The notes under the pieces were generated by a model. The model had not been told where the DNA came from and did no database searches. It saw only the letters and a list, made by a program, of their open reading frames with translations. A stretch of DNA of 64,000 nt from a virus: positions 96,001-160,000 of IMG/VR virus record IMGVR_UViG_3300026488_000012. One strand, given 5' to 3'. The position numbers and the translations under genes are program-made. Positions 28,326 to 37,209 of this stretch are shown here, piece after piece. Within the stretch, counting starts at the first letter, position 1. Every line of letters begins with the position of its first letter.

Positions 28326-28446
28326 AACCTCTCTACCAAGTACTGCTCCTCTGGTGTGAAGGAGAAGGTCGAGACTAACCCCGGTGGTATAAGGGGAGTC
28401 AGAAGACCTTCTCGACGAAGAGGAGACGTGGAACGGTAGAGAGGTT
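28326..28446 (+). ncRNA. Unassigned structured RNA leader, copy 1
   Basis: Four nested helices (12, 7, 9 and 4+4 bp) with compensatory changes relative to copy 2 at 46661-46794; conserved loops AGUACUG, AGAA, GACGA, GUGGAA. Confidence 0.8.
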
Positions 28447-28460
28447 AAAAGGAGTAGATA

Positions 28461-28967
28461 ATGAAAAAAATTAAAGTGGAGTACGATTATAAAGAAATTT
28501 CTTCCCCTGATATTGACGTTATAAAGGAGATAAGAATTGGCGAGAAAGTAGTCTCGCCAATAGCAGTAAAAGGAGTAGAATCCATTAGTCCCAACAGATT
28601 ATTTAGCAATGTAACTAGTGCAAGAGCAATAGTTCTTGCTTATCTTTTTGAGGATGAGATAAATAATTTGTTGCCTTACCCTATGATGATTTTCGATAAT
28701 AGAGGAACAAATGTGGTCGCTACGGAAAGAGAGGAAGATGAATTTCTCTCTTATGATTATGTAGATATGACAGGGGTTAATTGTGGAAGAAGTCAACCGA
28801 CTTATAAGATATTTGAGTTAACCGGGGACCTAATGACCGATGTTTATCACATCATTAACCCTCCGGTGAGGATAGATTATATCTATCCTAAGTTTAGAGC
28901 GGATATTCTTTATTTAGGGAATCAGGCGTTCGCTCTACTTGATGTAGAATTTATAAAACCATATTAA
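28461..28967 (+). CDS. Hypothetical accessory protein downstream of the structured leader
   Basis: 168 aa; SD aaaaggag directly 3-prime of the RNA basal helix. Confidence 0.7.
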   Translation: MKKIKVEYDYKEISSPDIDVIKEIRIGEKVVSPIAVKGVESISPNRLFSNVTSARAIVLAYLFEDEINNLLPYPMMIFDNRGTNVVATEREEDEFLSYDYVDMTGVNCGRSQPTYKIFELTGDLMTDVYHIINPPVRIDYIYPKFRADILYLGNQAFALLDVEFIKPY

Positions 28968-28968
28968 T

Positions 28969-28986
28969 GGGAGTTTATAAACTCCC
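28969..28986 (+). terminator. Intrinsic terminator, perfect 18-bp palindrome
   Basis: gggagttta|taaactccc followed by T-runs. Confidence 0.7.
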
Positions 28987-29102
28987 TTTAATTTCTTCTT
29001 TTTTTTTTATTTTAAACATATATATATATATGTATGTATTTCGAACTGATTTCGTGTATATACTATTAAAACGCAATAAAACAAAAAAAAAAGGAGTTAA
29101 AA

Positions 29103-30107
29103 ATGGTACTTAATCAAAATTTAGCTGATCAAAATTCAGTAAGTAGAGTAAAAAGATGTACAGTTTGTGGAGCAGTATACGGTCGCTCCATAGGAACGCT
29201 GGAAAGATGTGATATCTGTGGCGGTATACTCATAGACGCGACACAAGATGCTTTTCTACAACAAAGAATGAATCAAGGATTCGCGCCATCATATTCGTAT
29301 ATTCCAAATACGCCTAATCATATACCTGGACATATGAATATGTCCAGTAATTCTAATTTATATACACCTCATGTAGGTAATAAAACATTCTTGAAGGACC
29401 TATATGAAAACGGTCTCATCGATACCTATGTGAAAGTCACTTATAGTTTTCAAGAGGCGTACGAGGATAAAAATTGGATTTTACACTACGGTTATGGTAC
29501 AGGTATGTATGGTCTAAAAAATGAAATCACACAAGTAGAACAAGGTGATGTTGGTAGAGATTCATTAACGCTAGGAACGTTGTTTAATGACACAGTAACT
29601 TTGTTAAAAGAAGTGGTACTTGATGAGGATAGTAAAGGAACACTGGATATAGATGCCAGTGTTACGTATATTCGTGGAGACAATAATATAGACAGTATAT
29701 TACAGGTGATTGAATTAGATAACGACGGCGAAAAAGCATTGACCGCAAGTTTAATAAGTGAGGAAAGCAAATGCATAGACGGCGTTTATAAAAAAGCTAT
29801 GCTTCTCACCGTTTATTATTTAAATAGAGAATTAATATTAAGTAATGAAGTCTCTATTACTATCGAAGACGTTGAGTTGGAAGATGGTAATAGAGTACTT
29901 TATATAAGTTCTGATAACTCAAAAACTGTAAGAAGAGTTAACTTTAGAGAAAACACAAACAGTATTTATATCTACGATAACATTAATCTTCTACCAGAAG
30001 AGATTAAATATGTTTACAGTTTAAGGTTAGTAGATAGTGAATCTTACAAAATCGCAGTTGACAGTTTAAAATTAAAAGTAAACTACAGAGTAAGAAAGAC
30101 TACATAG
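29103..30107 (+). CDS. Hypothetical protein with N-terminal zinc ribbon
   Basis: CTVC-x13-CDIC pair near the N-terminus, then a P/N/H-rich linker; SD aaggag. Confidence 0.65.
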   Translation: MVLNQNLADQNSVSRVKRCTVCGAVYGRSIGTLERCDICGGILIDATQDAFLQQRMNQGFAPSYSYIPNTPNHIPGHMNMSSNSNLYTPHVGNKTFLKDLYENGLIDTYVKVTYSFQEAYEDKNWILHYGYGTGMYGLKNEITQVEQGDVGRDSLTLGTLFNDTVTLLKEVVLDEDSKGTLDIDASVTYIRGDNNIDSILQVIELDNDGEKALTASLISEESKCIDGVYKKAMLLTVYYLNRELILSNEVSITIEDVELEDGNRVLYISSDNSKTVRRVNFRENTNSIYIYDNINLLPEEIKYVYSLRLVDSESYKIAVDSLKLKVNYRVRKTT

Positions 30108-30119
30108 TCTTTCTTACTC
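30088..30119 (+). terminator. Terminator hairpin
   Basis: gagtaagaaagacta-ca-tagtctttcttactc followed by a long T-run. Confidence 0.75.
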
Positions 30120-30131
30120 GTCATCTTTTTT

Positions 30132-30206
30132 TTTTTAATTTTAACTATATATATTGTTATCTTACTAAAATGCAATAAAACTACAAGATTAGGAGGTAAA
30201 TATGAG
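30132..30206 (+). repeat. Leader repeat, copy 3 (75 bp)
   Basis: Identical to the core of 17381-17486, ending at ATGAG. Confidence 0.95.
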
Positions 30207-32241
30207 AATAGGCGTTAGAACACTTTATAGATTACCATTAAAAGACATAGTTGAGTTAAGAACTAATTTAACATTAGTATTCGAAGACGGTATAGAGATA
30301 CAAGCTACGTATAAAGAGGTTATAATATTTAGAGCATTAACAGATTTTCTTACCAAATGGGAAGTACCCATTACGTCAGATATGTGGTTAAGTAACTTCT
30401 ATACGAAAGGTTACTTCAGTAAGGATACTTACTTAGAAATGTATTCTCTTATGTATCAGAGAATCGTTAAACTAATTCTTGAACCGCAAGGAAGATATGG
30501 AGAACATTCCGAGGTATTAAAAGACATATTCAAATCTGTTAATATTTTCGTAAATGAGATTGTATCTAAGATACAGGATTATAATATAGGTATAGAGATT
30601 ATAGATATTTTACCTATAGCGTTAGACGAGGAACAGCTGTTATCTATTATGGAAGTAGAGAAAAATCCTACACAAGAATCTATCGAACACACGTATCAAG
30701 TGTTAGATAAAGTTATACATAAACCTGAGAATAGTGGAAAAGTTATGAGACTCGTTTATGATTCAGGTATGGTTAATCTCAATCAGCTAAGACAGCTATT
30801 CGGTAGTAGGGGATTCTTAACAGAGATAAATTCACAGATATTTAAGAAACCTATGATAAATAGCTTTACATTAGGTTTTAGGGATATGTATGAAGCTATT
30901 ATAGAGTCAAGAGCGGGTGCGAAAGCTCTTAACTTATCTACAAAAGCTATTCAGAAATCTGAGAAGACAGCAAGAGAATTTCAGTTAGCTACTATGCCTG
31001 TCGAAGAAATAGTTTACGGTGACTGCGGTAACAGAGACTATATGGAGATAACTGTAAGACCTAAAGAAATAGATGAAGATGGTAATGTAGTACACCAAGG
31101 AGACCTTAAAAACCTGTTAGGTTCTAAGTTTTTAAACGATAAAGGAGAATGGGAAACAATTACTCCTGAACATAAATATTTAGAAGGACAGACTATTAAG
31201 TTAAGGTCAGTATTACACTGTAAATTAAGAAACAAGAAGCAAATATGTACTGCGTGTTATGGAGACCTCGCTTATGGTATGTTTTTACATCAAAATGTGG
31301 GACATATAAATACTACAAACATAACAAGGGATATTTCACAGTCACTACTATCTACTAAACACTTATTAAAGTCAGCATCATCCGCTCCACTTAATCCACA
31401 TCCATCTGTATTTGAGTTCTTTAACCTTAAGGATGAGAAGCTATTTATAAAACCTGAGTATATAGCTAAAAAGAACAAAAACAAAATTTATATACTTGTA
31501 CCACAATCACAGGCTAGAGGGTTAAGAGGAATAAATGATATCAATATCCTTAACGTCAATATTAACAAGATATCAAGAATAACTAACATCGCAATAGTGA
31601 TAGAAGATCCAGAAGGTAATAAAGAAATACATCCGGTGTCTATACTATCGGATAGAAGATATGGATTTTTCACATTCGATTTTATCAGATATATAAGAAA
31701 GAACGGTTATTTTGTAATGGCAGAGTTTCCTGATTTTTATGCTATCGATATCTCAAACATCGATAGGAAGCTACCTATTATAAAATATGAGAGAGCAGAG
31801 TTTGACTTTAATATCTTAAGCGATGAGTTTAGTAAGCTTATAGCGGATAAGAAATACGTTATAGTAGGAGGTAAACGTAAATCTGAATATACTCCTGAAG
31901 TATTAGTTCAGAAACTATTTGACTTACTTAACAAGAAGCTATCTATAAATATTAAAAAGATAGAAGCTATGGTTTACGGATTTACTGCTTATAACTTAGA
32001 CCAAGATAACTTCGATTTAGGAAGAAACTCCGAATATATGGATGTTATCGGATTGAAGTATGCTATAGATTATAGGTCTATAGGGGGAAGTTATGACTGG
32101 AGTAGATTCACTACTAAAATATATTCTCCGTATATGTTCTTCCCTAGAAATAAACCTGATCATCCATTAGACGTATTATTCAAACCTAACGAAGTATTAA
32201 ATTACTATAAAAACGCATACCCATTAATAAAGGATAAGTGA
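30202..32241 (+). CDS. rpoC: Non-virion RNA polymerase beta-prime subunit, C-terminal part (phiKZ gp74-like)
   Basis: QLRQLFGSRGFL, ESRAGAKAL (bridge-helix region), zinc site LHCK...ICTACYG, and QSLLSTKH (trigger-loop region). Confidence 0.9.
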   Translation: MRIGVRTLYRLPLKDIVELRTNLTLVFEDGIEIQATYKEVIIFRALTDFLTKWEVPITSDMWLSNFYTKGYFSKDTYLEMYSLMYQRIVKLILEPQGRYGEHSEVLKDIFKSVNIFVNEIVSKIQDYNIGIEIIDILPIALDEEQLLSIMEVEKNPTQESIEHTYQVLDKVIHKPENSGKVMRLVYDSGMVNLNQLRQLFGSRGFLTEINSQIFKKPMINSFTLGFRDMYEAIIESRAGAKALNLSTKAIQKSEKTAREFQLATMPVEEIVYGDCGNRDYMEITVRPKEIDEDGNVVHQGDLKNLLGSKFLNDKGEWETITPEHKYLEGQTIKLRSVLHCKLRNKKQICTACYGDLAYGMFLHQNVGHINTTNITRDISQSLLSTKHLLKSASSAPLNPHPSVFEFFNLKDEKLFIKPEYIAKKNKNKIYILVPQSQARGLRGINDINILNVNINKISRITNIAIVIEDPEGNKEIHPVSILSDRRYGFFTFDFIRYIRKNGYFVMAEFPDFYAIDISNIDRKLPIIKYERAEFDFNILSDEFSKLIADKKYVIVGGKRKSEYTPEVLVQKLFDLLNKKLSINIKKIEAMVYGFTAYNLDQDNFDLGRNSEYMDVIGLKYAIDYRSIGGSYDWSRFTTKIYSPYMFFPRNKPDHPLDVLFKPNEVLNYYKNAYPLIKDK

Positions 32242-33746
32242 TGATGATAATTAAAACTAACCAGGGGTTTATCGTTAGACCCTCTGGCGAGGATATTTTT
32301 GATTTATTACCTAAACTTAAATTCTTCTTAAAGAAGTTCACTACCTATAGGTTAATAGTTGATAAAAAGAACAGGACCAAGAAACTTGAAGTAGATAGAA
32401 CTTTTTATTTACAGGATTTAAGAAATAGTAGGTTATATTTCATAGATACGGTCTATAAACAATTCAAAGGTTACTTTAAGAGAGAAATAACAGAAGAATT
32501 AATTAGAGAAGATTACGATGTAAGAGAATTAGGTAATGTAGATATAAATCCTAAATATTTACCAAGAGAATACCAAAAAAAATACATAGAAATAATAACG
32601 AAAACTAAACTACCAAGAATACTGGTAGATTTACAGACAGGTAAGGGTAAGTCGTTTATAGCTACTTACTCGGCAGTTAAAAGAGGTAAGGTCTTTGGAT
32701 TTTTATTATTACCAAGGTACATAGATAAATGGATAAAAGATATAACAGAGTACACTACTCTTAGAGAAGATGAGATATATGTGGTAAGAGGAAGTGGTAG
32801 TCTTAATGCTTTAGCATATCTAATAGAAGAGGAACTAAGTAAATATAAAGTTTTTATATTCTCTCTTACAACTATGAGAGAATACCTATCTAATTATTTA
32901 GACATAAATGAAGAGTTCAGGTATGAATTAGAACCAAGTGAGTTATTACCTTTCCTTGGTATAGAAACACTTATCTCGGATGAGATACACCAGGAGTTCC
33001 ATAATGTATTTAATTTAACTCTTTTATTAGACCCTAAATTTTTATTAGGATTATCTGCTACATTATTACCAAGGGATAATAGAGAGAAAGAAATACAAGA
33101 GAGTTTCTTCCCAGAGGATTATCGAGTATCTAACATTATAAAGTATGATAGGTACATAGACGTGGTAGCAGTAGAGTATAATTTAGTAAATCCTAATAGA
33201 TATAAGCGAGTTGAAACATCTAGAGGGTACTCACATACTAAATTTGAGCAAACTCTTATGAAGTATAAGCTAACATTAAAGAGCTATTTTGAATTAATAT
33301 ATGCGTTATTAATGAGATACTATGTTAAGCCAAAGAAAGAGGGAGATAAAGCTCTTATATTTGTAACTACTGTGGAGCTTGCTAAGAAGTTAAGGGATTA
33401 CTTAAGATCTAAATTACCCGACCTTAAAATAGAGAAATATACTTCCGAAGACCCTTATGATATATTGTTCAACTCTGATGTTATTATATCTACATTAGGT
33501 AGTGCAGGAACCGGAGTGGATATACCTAATCTTAGAGTAGTTATACAGACGGTATTAATAAAATCAGCTAAGACTAATATACAAGCATTAGGTAGACTTA
33601 GAAAACTAAATGATAGAAACGTAACATTTATCTATATATTCTCTCCTGATATAAGGAAACATCTTGAATATAATAGAGAGAGAATAGATGTCTTCAGGGA
33701 TAGAGTGAGAAGTCTTAAATTTGTAAGATATCATAAACTTATTTAG
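32238..33746 (+). CDS. Superfamily 2 (DEAD/DEAH-like) helicase, phiKZ gp75-like
   Basis: Walker A QTGKGKS, DEIH, motif III SAT, GTGVDIPNL, QALGRLR. Confidence 0.9.
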   Translation: MMMIIKTNQGFIVRPSGEDIFDLLPKLKFFLKKFTTYRLIVDKKNRTKKLEVDRTFYLQDLRNSRLYFIDTVYKQFKGYFKREITEELIREDYDVRELGNVDINPKYLPREYQKKYIEIITKTKLPRILVDLQTGKGKSFIATYSAVKRGKVFGFLLLPRYIDKWIKDITEYTTLREDEIYVVRGSGSLNALAYLIEEELSKYKVFIFSLTTMREYLSNYLDINEEFRYELEPSELLPFLGIETLISDEIHQEFHNVFNLTLLLDPKFLLGLSATLLPRDNREKEIQESFFPEDYRVSNIIKYDRYIDVVAVEYNLVNPNRYKRVETSRGYSHTKFEQTLMKYKLTLKSYFELIYALLMRYYVKPKKEGDKALIFVTTVELAKKLRDYLRSKLPDLKIEKYTSEDPYDILFNSDVIISTLGSAGTGVDIPNLRVVIQTVLIKSAKTNIQALGRLRKLNDRNVTFIYIFSPDIRKHLEYNRERIDVFRDRVRSLKFVRYHKLI

Positions 33747-33749
33747 ATA

Positions 33750-33777
33750 CAGATACTCGCGTAGGTGCGAGTATCTG
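33750..33777 (+). terminator. Terminator hairpin
   Basis: cagatactcgc-gtaggt-gcgagtatctg after the helicase stop. Confidence 0.6.
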
Positions 33778-33813
33778 ATGAAATATTTTCTTTTTTCATA
33801 TAAGGAGTTATAT

Positions 33814-34410
33814 ATGGCTGATTGTAAAATATGTTTTAGTACAAATGAGGTAGCCGAGTTATACGAGATTATGCAGAATAAAACTAACTTATCGGTAAAT
33901 GAGTTAAAGGAGATTATAGCTAACAAAGCTGGTGTGAATTCCTTATGTAAAATACTTAATGAATTCTTAGATACTATAGAAGGTAAACTACCGGATGATC
34001 TAAGTATTAAAATAAAAAACAAGATACCTGATATAGATTCAAAAATATCCGAGGTAGATGAAACAATTAGAAGGGTTAATGAGAAAATAGAAGAACTGGA
34101 AGAAATTAAGATAGATAAAAAAGACCTTAAAGAGTTTGAGAAGGTTAAGAATTGTTTTAATTCTTTAAAAATAGTTAGGGAAAAGGTAGAGGTTAAAGAT
34201 GGTGTATTTGAGTTAGAAAATACACCAACATTTCTTCTTGGTAACCCGTTCTTAAATAGCGACTATATAGTAAATTCCTCAGATGGTGTTTATTTCTTAG
34301 AAAAAGAACCATCCTTGTTATATGGTAAGAAGTTCTTAACAGAGTCTAGTCTTAATGGTTATATGTATGTTAAGTACTTTACATTAATAACAGATTGTGA
34401 AGATATGTAA
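33814..34410 (+). CDS. Coiled-coil protein, first gene of a putative fibre/decoration module
   Basis: ATG 33814 follows SD aaggag (ORF-track start 33778 lies at the hairpin edge); heptad region ISEVDETIRRVNEKIEELEE. Confidence 0.6.
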   Translation: MADCKICFSTNEVAELYEIMQNKTNLSVNELKEIIANKAGVNSLCKILNEFLDTIEGKLPDDLSIKIKNKIPDIDSKISEVDETIRRVNEKIEELEEIKIDKKDLKEFEKVKNCFNSLKIVREKVEVKDGVFELENTPTFLLGNPFLNSDYIVNSSDGVYFLEKEPSLLYGKKFLTESSLNGYMYVKYFTLITDCEDM

Positions 34411-34429
34411 ATGATGAAAGGAGTAATAC

Positions 34430-35080
34430 ATGGCTAATAAACTTATTTTTTTACCTGTCAAAGAGATTAAGTCAAAGTTAGTAGAGAAAGTAGATATATT
34501 AGAGTTCAGGGAACTCCAACAGAAAGTTGATGAGTTAGATAGAAGATTAAAGAATTTATTAGAAACTGACTTAGAGAAATTATCAGAACAAGTCGATAAA
34601 ATAGATTTCGATAAATTAAAAGAGTTAGAAGATGAGTTATCAAAAATTAACTCATTACTTATATCGGAAGATGAGTTAATAAAACAACAGATAGAAAAAG
34701 CTATAGAGGATTTAGATTTAACAGAAGTCGAAGAAGAACTAAAAGCTTACGTAGATGAAAAATTTACAAGAGTTCTAAAAAATGCTGAGAAAGTTATTCC
34801 AGTACATATGGAGATAGACACTACTGATTTTACTTTAGACTTAGATTACAAGGTAAAACATATAGTAGAGTTGGGTGTTCCTATATTCTTCTATAACGAA
34901 GATGAAGATATAGTTATCGTTGATTATGTTACTGTAGACAATGTGACGCCTACTACAATTAAATTGTTAGTAACTGATGAACTTGTAGAAAAACTTAAAG
35001 AAATATCTGATAGTGGGTATAAACTTTACACTAAGTTTAATTATGTGTCTAAATTAGCTGATGTTATGGGATTAGATTAA
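34430..35080 (+). CDS. Coiled-coil protein, putative fibre-associated
   Basis: Long heptad N-terminal half (LQQKVDELDRRLKNLL) plus a short beta-rich C-terminus. Confidence 0.55.
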   Translation: MANKLIFLPVKEIKSKLVEKVDILEFRELQQKVDELDRRLKNLLETDLEKLSEQVDKIDFDKLKELEDELSKINSLLISEDELIKQQIEKAIEDLDLTEVEEELKAYVDEKFTRVLKNAEKVIPVHMEIDTTDFTLDLDYKVKHIVELGVPIFFYNEDEDIVIVDYVTVDNVTPTTIKLLVTDELVEKLKEISDSGYKLYTKFNYVSKLADVMGLD

Positions 35081-35100
35081 AATTATAAAGGAGATAAGTT

Positions 35101-35988
35101 ATGGTTGTTTTAATGTTCAAGAATTTAGATATACCAGATGGATTCACACATAAGTCATCTGACTGGCAGATAGCTGAAGATAAGTATTTTAAAAATATAG
35201 TAGCTGAATCTAGAAACGATACTAAAAACTTAACATCTATTTTGTTCGATGTTGATTTAGACCCTGATAAGAAGTATTATGCAAGAGCTAGAGTTATTAT
35301 GGATTATGGTCCATCGGATTGGTCTGATATAGATATAATACAAGCTGAAGACCTCAATAAAGTTGATTTAGATACAGATATACCTTCAGTAGTAGCTACA
35401 CCAGAAGTTTCTGTTAATTTCCCCTATGATAAAGTACCTCCTAGTATGTTTACCATAACTACGTCAAATATGTCTACTAACAGCAATGCTAAACACATGT
35501 CTACTGATTGGTTCATAACAGATATAGACGGTAACTTAGTATATATTAATATTGATGACCAGACTAATCTGACATCTTTATTCGTAGATGATATCTTGTT
35601 AGAACCAGATAAGTTCTATAGAATAAAAGCATCGCATAAGTCATCATCCGGAGATATATCTGAGTTAGGAGAGAGATTAATTTACGTACCAGACGCCAAG
35701 GAGATAGAACTAGCAGAAAGATTCAATACTGCTAATGTTAGAAAAAATGGGTTAAAAGTAAATCTAAAACCAGTAGACGATGTTGAGAATATATATGTAA
35801 AAGTATGGATGGTTGGAGATAACAACGCAGTTAAAGCATATGAAAATATTGAAGATATTTTTTCTTTTGTTATACCAGGTGATTACTTTACATCAGAGTT
35901 AGGTAAATATCTTGTAGAAATACAGTATGAATATATTAACGGAGAGAAATCTAATATTAAATATTTCCCATTAACGGTAACAGGATAA
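35101..35988 (+). CDS. Ig/fibronectin-III-like repeat virion protein
   Basis: Two internal repeats (HKSSDWQI...KKYYARARV and HMSTDWFI...KFYRIKASH); paralogous to 62976-64000. Confidence 0.6.
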   Translation: MVVLMFKNLDIPDGFTHKSSDWQIAEDKYFKNIVAESRNDTKNLTSILFDVDLDPDKKYYARARVIMDYGPSDWSDIDIIQAEDLNKVDLDTDIPSVVATPEVSVNFPYDKVPPSMFTITTSNMSTNSNAKHMSTDWFITDIDGNLVYINIDDQTNLTSLFVDDILLEPDKFYRIKASHKSSSGDISELGERLIYVPDAKEIELAERFNTANVRKNGLKVNLKPVDDVENIYVKVWMVGDNNAVKAYENIEDIFSFVIPGDYFTSELGKYLVEIQYEYINGEKSNIKYFPLTVTG

Positions 35989-36060
35989 CCTGTTACCGAA
36001 ATAACTATTTATTTTTTGATAGGGTTTTTACCTATCGAAAAAACAAATAAAGGATAAACA

Positions 36061-36903
36061 ATGGCATTAATTCTTACATTAGAAGATTTAAATCAAGAAC
36101 AAAGTATAAAACAATTAGAAACTAACAAGGTTAGTATTACTACTTTCAATACTACTGTTAACCAAATTGAAAGTGAAATTTCTGAACTTAATAAAAAGTG
36201 TGATGACAACCTGGTAACTGCAAAATCGTATGCAGACGAACTAGTGAAAAGTCTTAAAGAGAATGAAATTGCTGCTCTTCAGTCAGCTATTGATGTGCTT
36301 AACGGCGATGTTAATACAGAAGGTTCTGTAGATTTCAAAATTTCACAAGCTATTTCTAAACTTGTAGATGGCGCACCAGAAGCACTTGATACACTTAAAG
36401 AAATCGTTGACTTTATCAAAAATACTGAAGTAGATGTTGAAAATCTTATCGATGCCGTTAACGCTAGAGTAGATAAATTAGTGGACGGTGCTAGTGCTGA
36501 CTACAACACACTAGGAAAAATTGAACAAAGAATTAAAGAACTTGCTGCTAAAGAAGCAGAAGATATTAACAAACTAGAAGAGAAAATCGAAACAGTTGGT
36601 TCTAGCCTACCAGTTTATAAATATGACGCTGGTCTACCGCTTAACAAAGAAGACGATGTATACACATTTGAAACTACTTATATTCCAAATGGTGACATTT
36701 TAGAAAATAGAGCAATGATTTACTTCACTGATGATATCGGTAACATTATTAAAGTTGCTGACGCTACTGTATCTAAAGTAGATGGTAATCCTAAAAAATA
36801 TAAAGTTGAACTACCTAATGACTTCATTACTAGATTCGCTACAGAGTTAGGACAATCTAAAGTTTCAGTATCATATTTCTGGAGAAATATCGATAATCAA
36901 TAA
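36061..36903 (+). CDS. Tail/head fibre-like protein
   Basis: LVDGAPEALDTLKEI motif typical of phage fibre coiled segments, with a second degenerate copy LVDGASADYNTLGKI. Confidence 0.6.
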   Translation: MALILTLEDLNQEQSIKQLETNKVSITTFNTTVNQIESEISELNKKCDDNLVTAKSYADELVKSLKENEIAALQSAIDVLNGDVNTEGSVDFKISQAISKLVDGAPEALDTLKEIVDFIKNTEVDVENLIDAVNARVDKLVDGASADYNTLGKIEQRIKELAAKEAEDINKLEEKIETVGSSLPVYKYDAGLPLNKEDDVYTFETTYIPNGDILENRAMIYFTDDIGNIIKVADATVSKVDGNPKKYKVELPNDFITRFATELGQSKVSVSYFWRNIDNQ

Positions 36904-36914
36904 TAAAAACATTT

Positions 36915-36947
36915 GACACCCAACGGTAATAACTACCGTTGGGTGTT
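36915..36947 (+). terminator. Terminator hairpin
   Basis: gacacccaacggta-ataac-taccgttgggtgtt, 14-bp stem. Confidence 0.75.
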
Positions 36948-36969
36948 GTTTAAAAATAAAGGGTTAGCT

Positions 36970-37185
36970 ATGTTCAATCTTATTTTAGTTAAGTTAAAAA
37001 TGATTATAGAATTCCTAAAGTCTGATTTTTGTATATTATCAGTATACAGGAATTGTAGTAATGATGAAGAAAACTATATAGAAGTGCTTAATAATAAGCT
37101 AGAATGTTTCTGGAAGTATGTTAAGTTAAAAAACAGTATAGAAAAAGACGACTGTAAAACAATTATTATATTAAAACTAGATTAG
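36970..37185 (+). CDS. Small hypothetical protein
   Basis: ATG 36970 is preferred over TTG 36913, which would translate through the terminator. Confidence 0.45.
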   Translation: MFNLILVKLKMIIEFLKSDFCILSVYRNCSNDEENYIEVLNNKLECFWKYVKLKNSIEKDDCKTIIILKLD

Positions 37186-37209
37186 GGAGTAAAAATACTC
37201 CCTAATCTA
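37178..37209. terminator. Bidirectional terminator between convergent genes
   Basis: tagattagggagta-aaaa-tactccctaatcta spans both stop codons. Confidence 0.7.

Noticed and set aside
28326-28446. Structured element as a hairpin, hammerhead, twister or pistol ribozyme, tRNA, T-box or known riboswitch
   Set aside because: An AGAA internal loop is present, but the opposing N-GUC cleavage strand and loop B consensus are not. There is no CUGAUGA/GAAA core, cloverleaf, T-box sequence or riboswitch consensus I recognise.
36913-36969. TTG start of ORF 36913..37185, and similar upstream TTG/GTG starts at 20555, 22808, 39709, 41920, 46078, 55558, 55989, and the ATG at 33778
   Set aside because: These extensions run through terminators or SD sequences; downstream ATGs with properly spaced SDs are more plausible.
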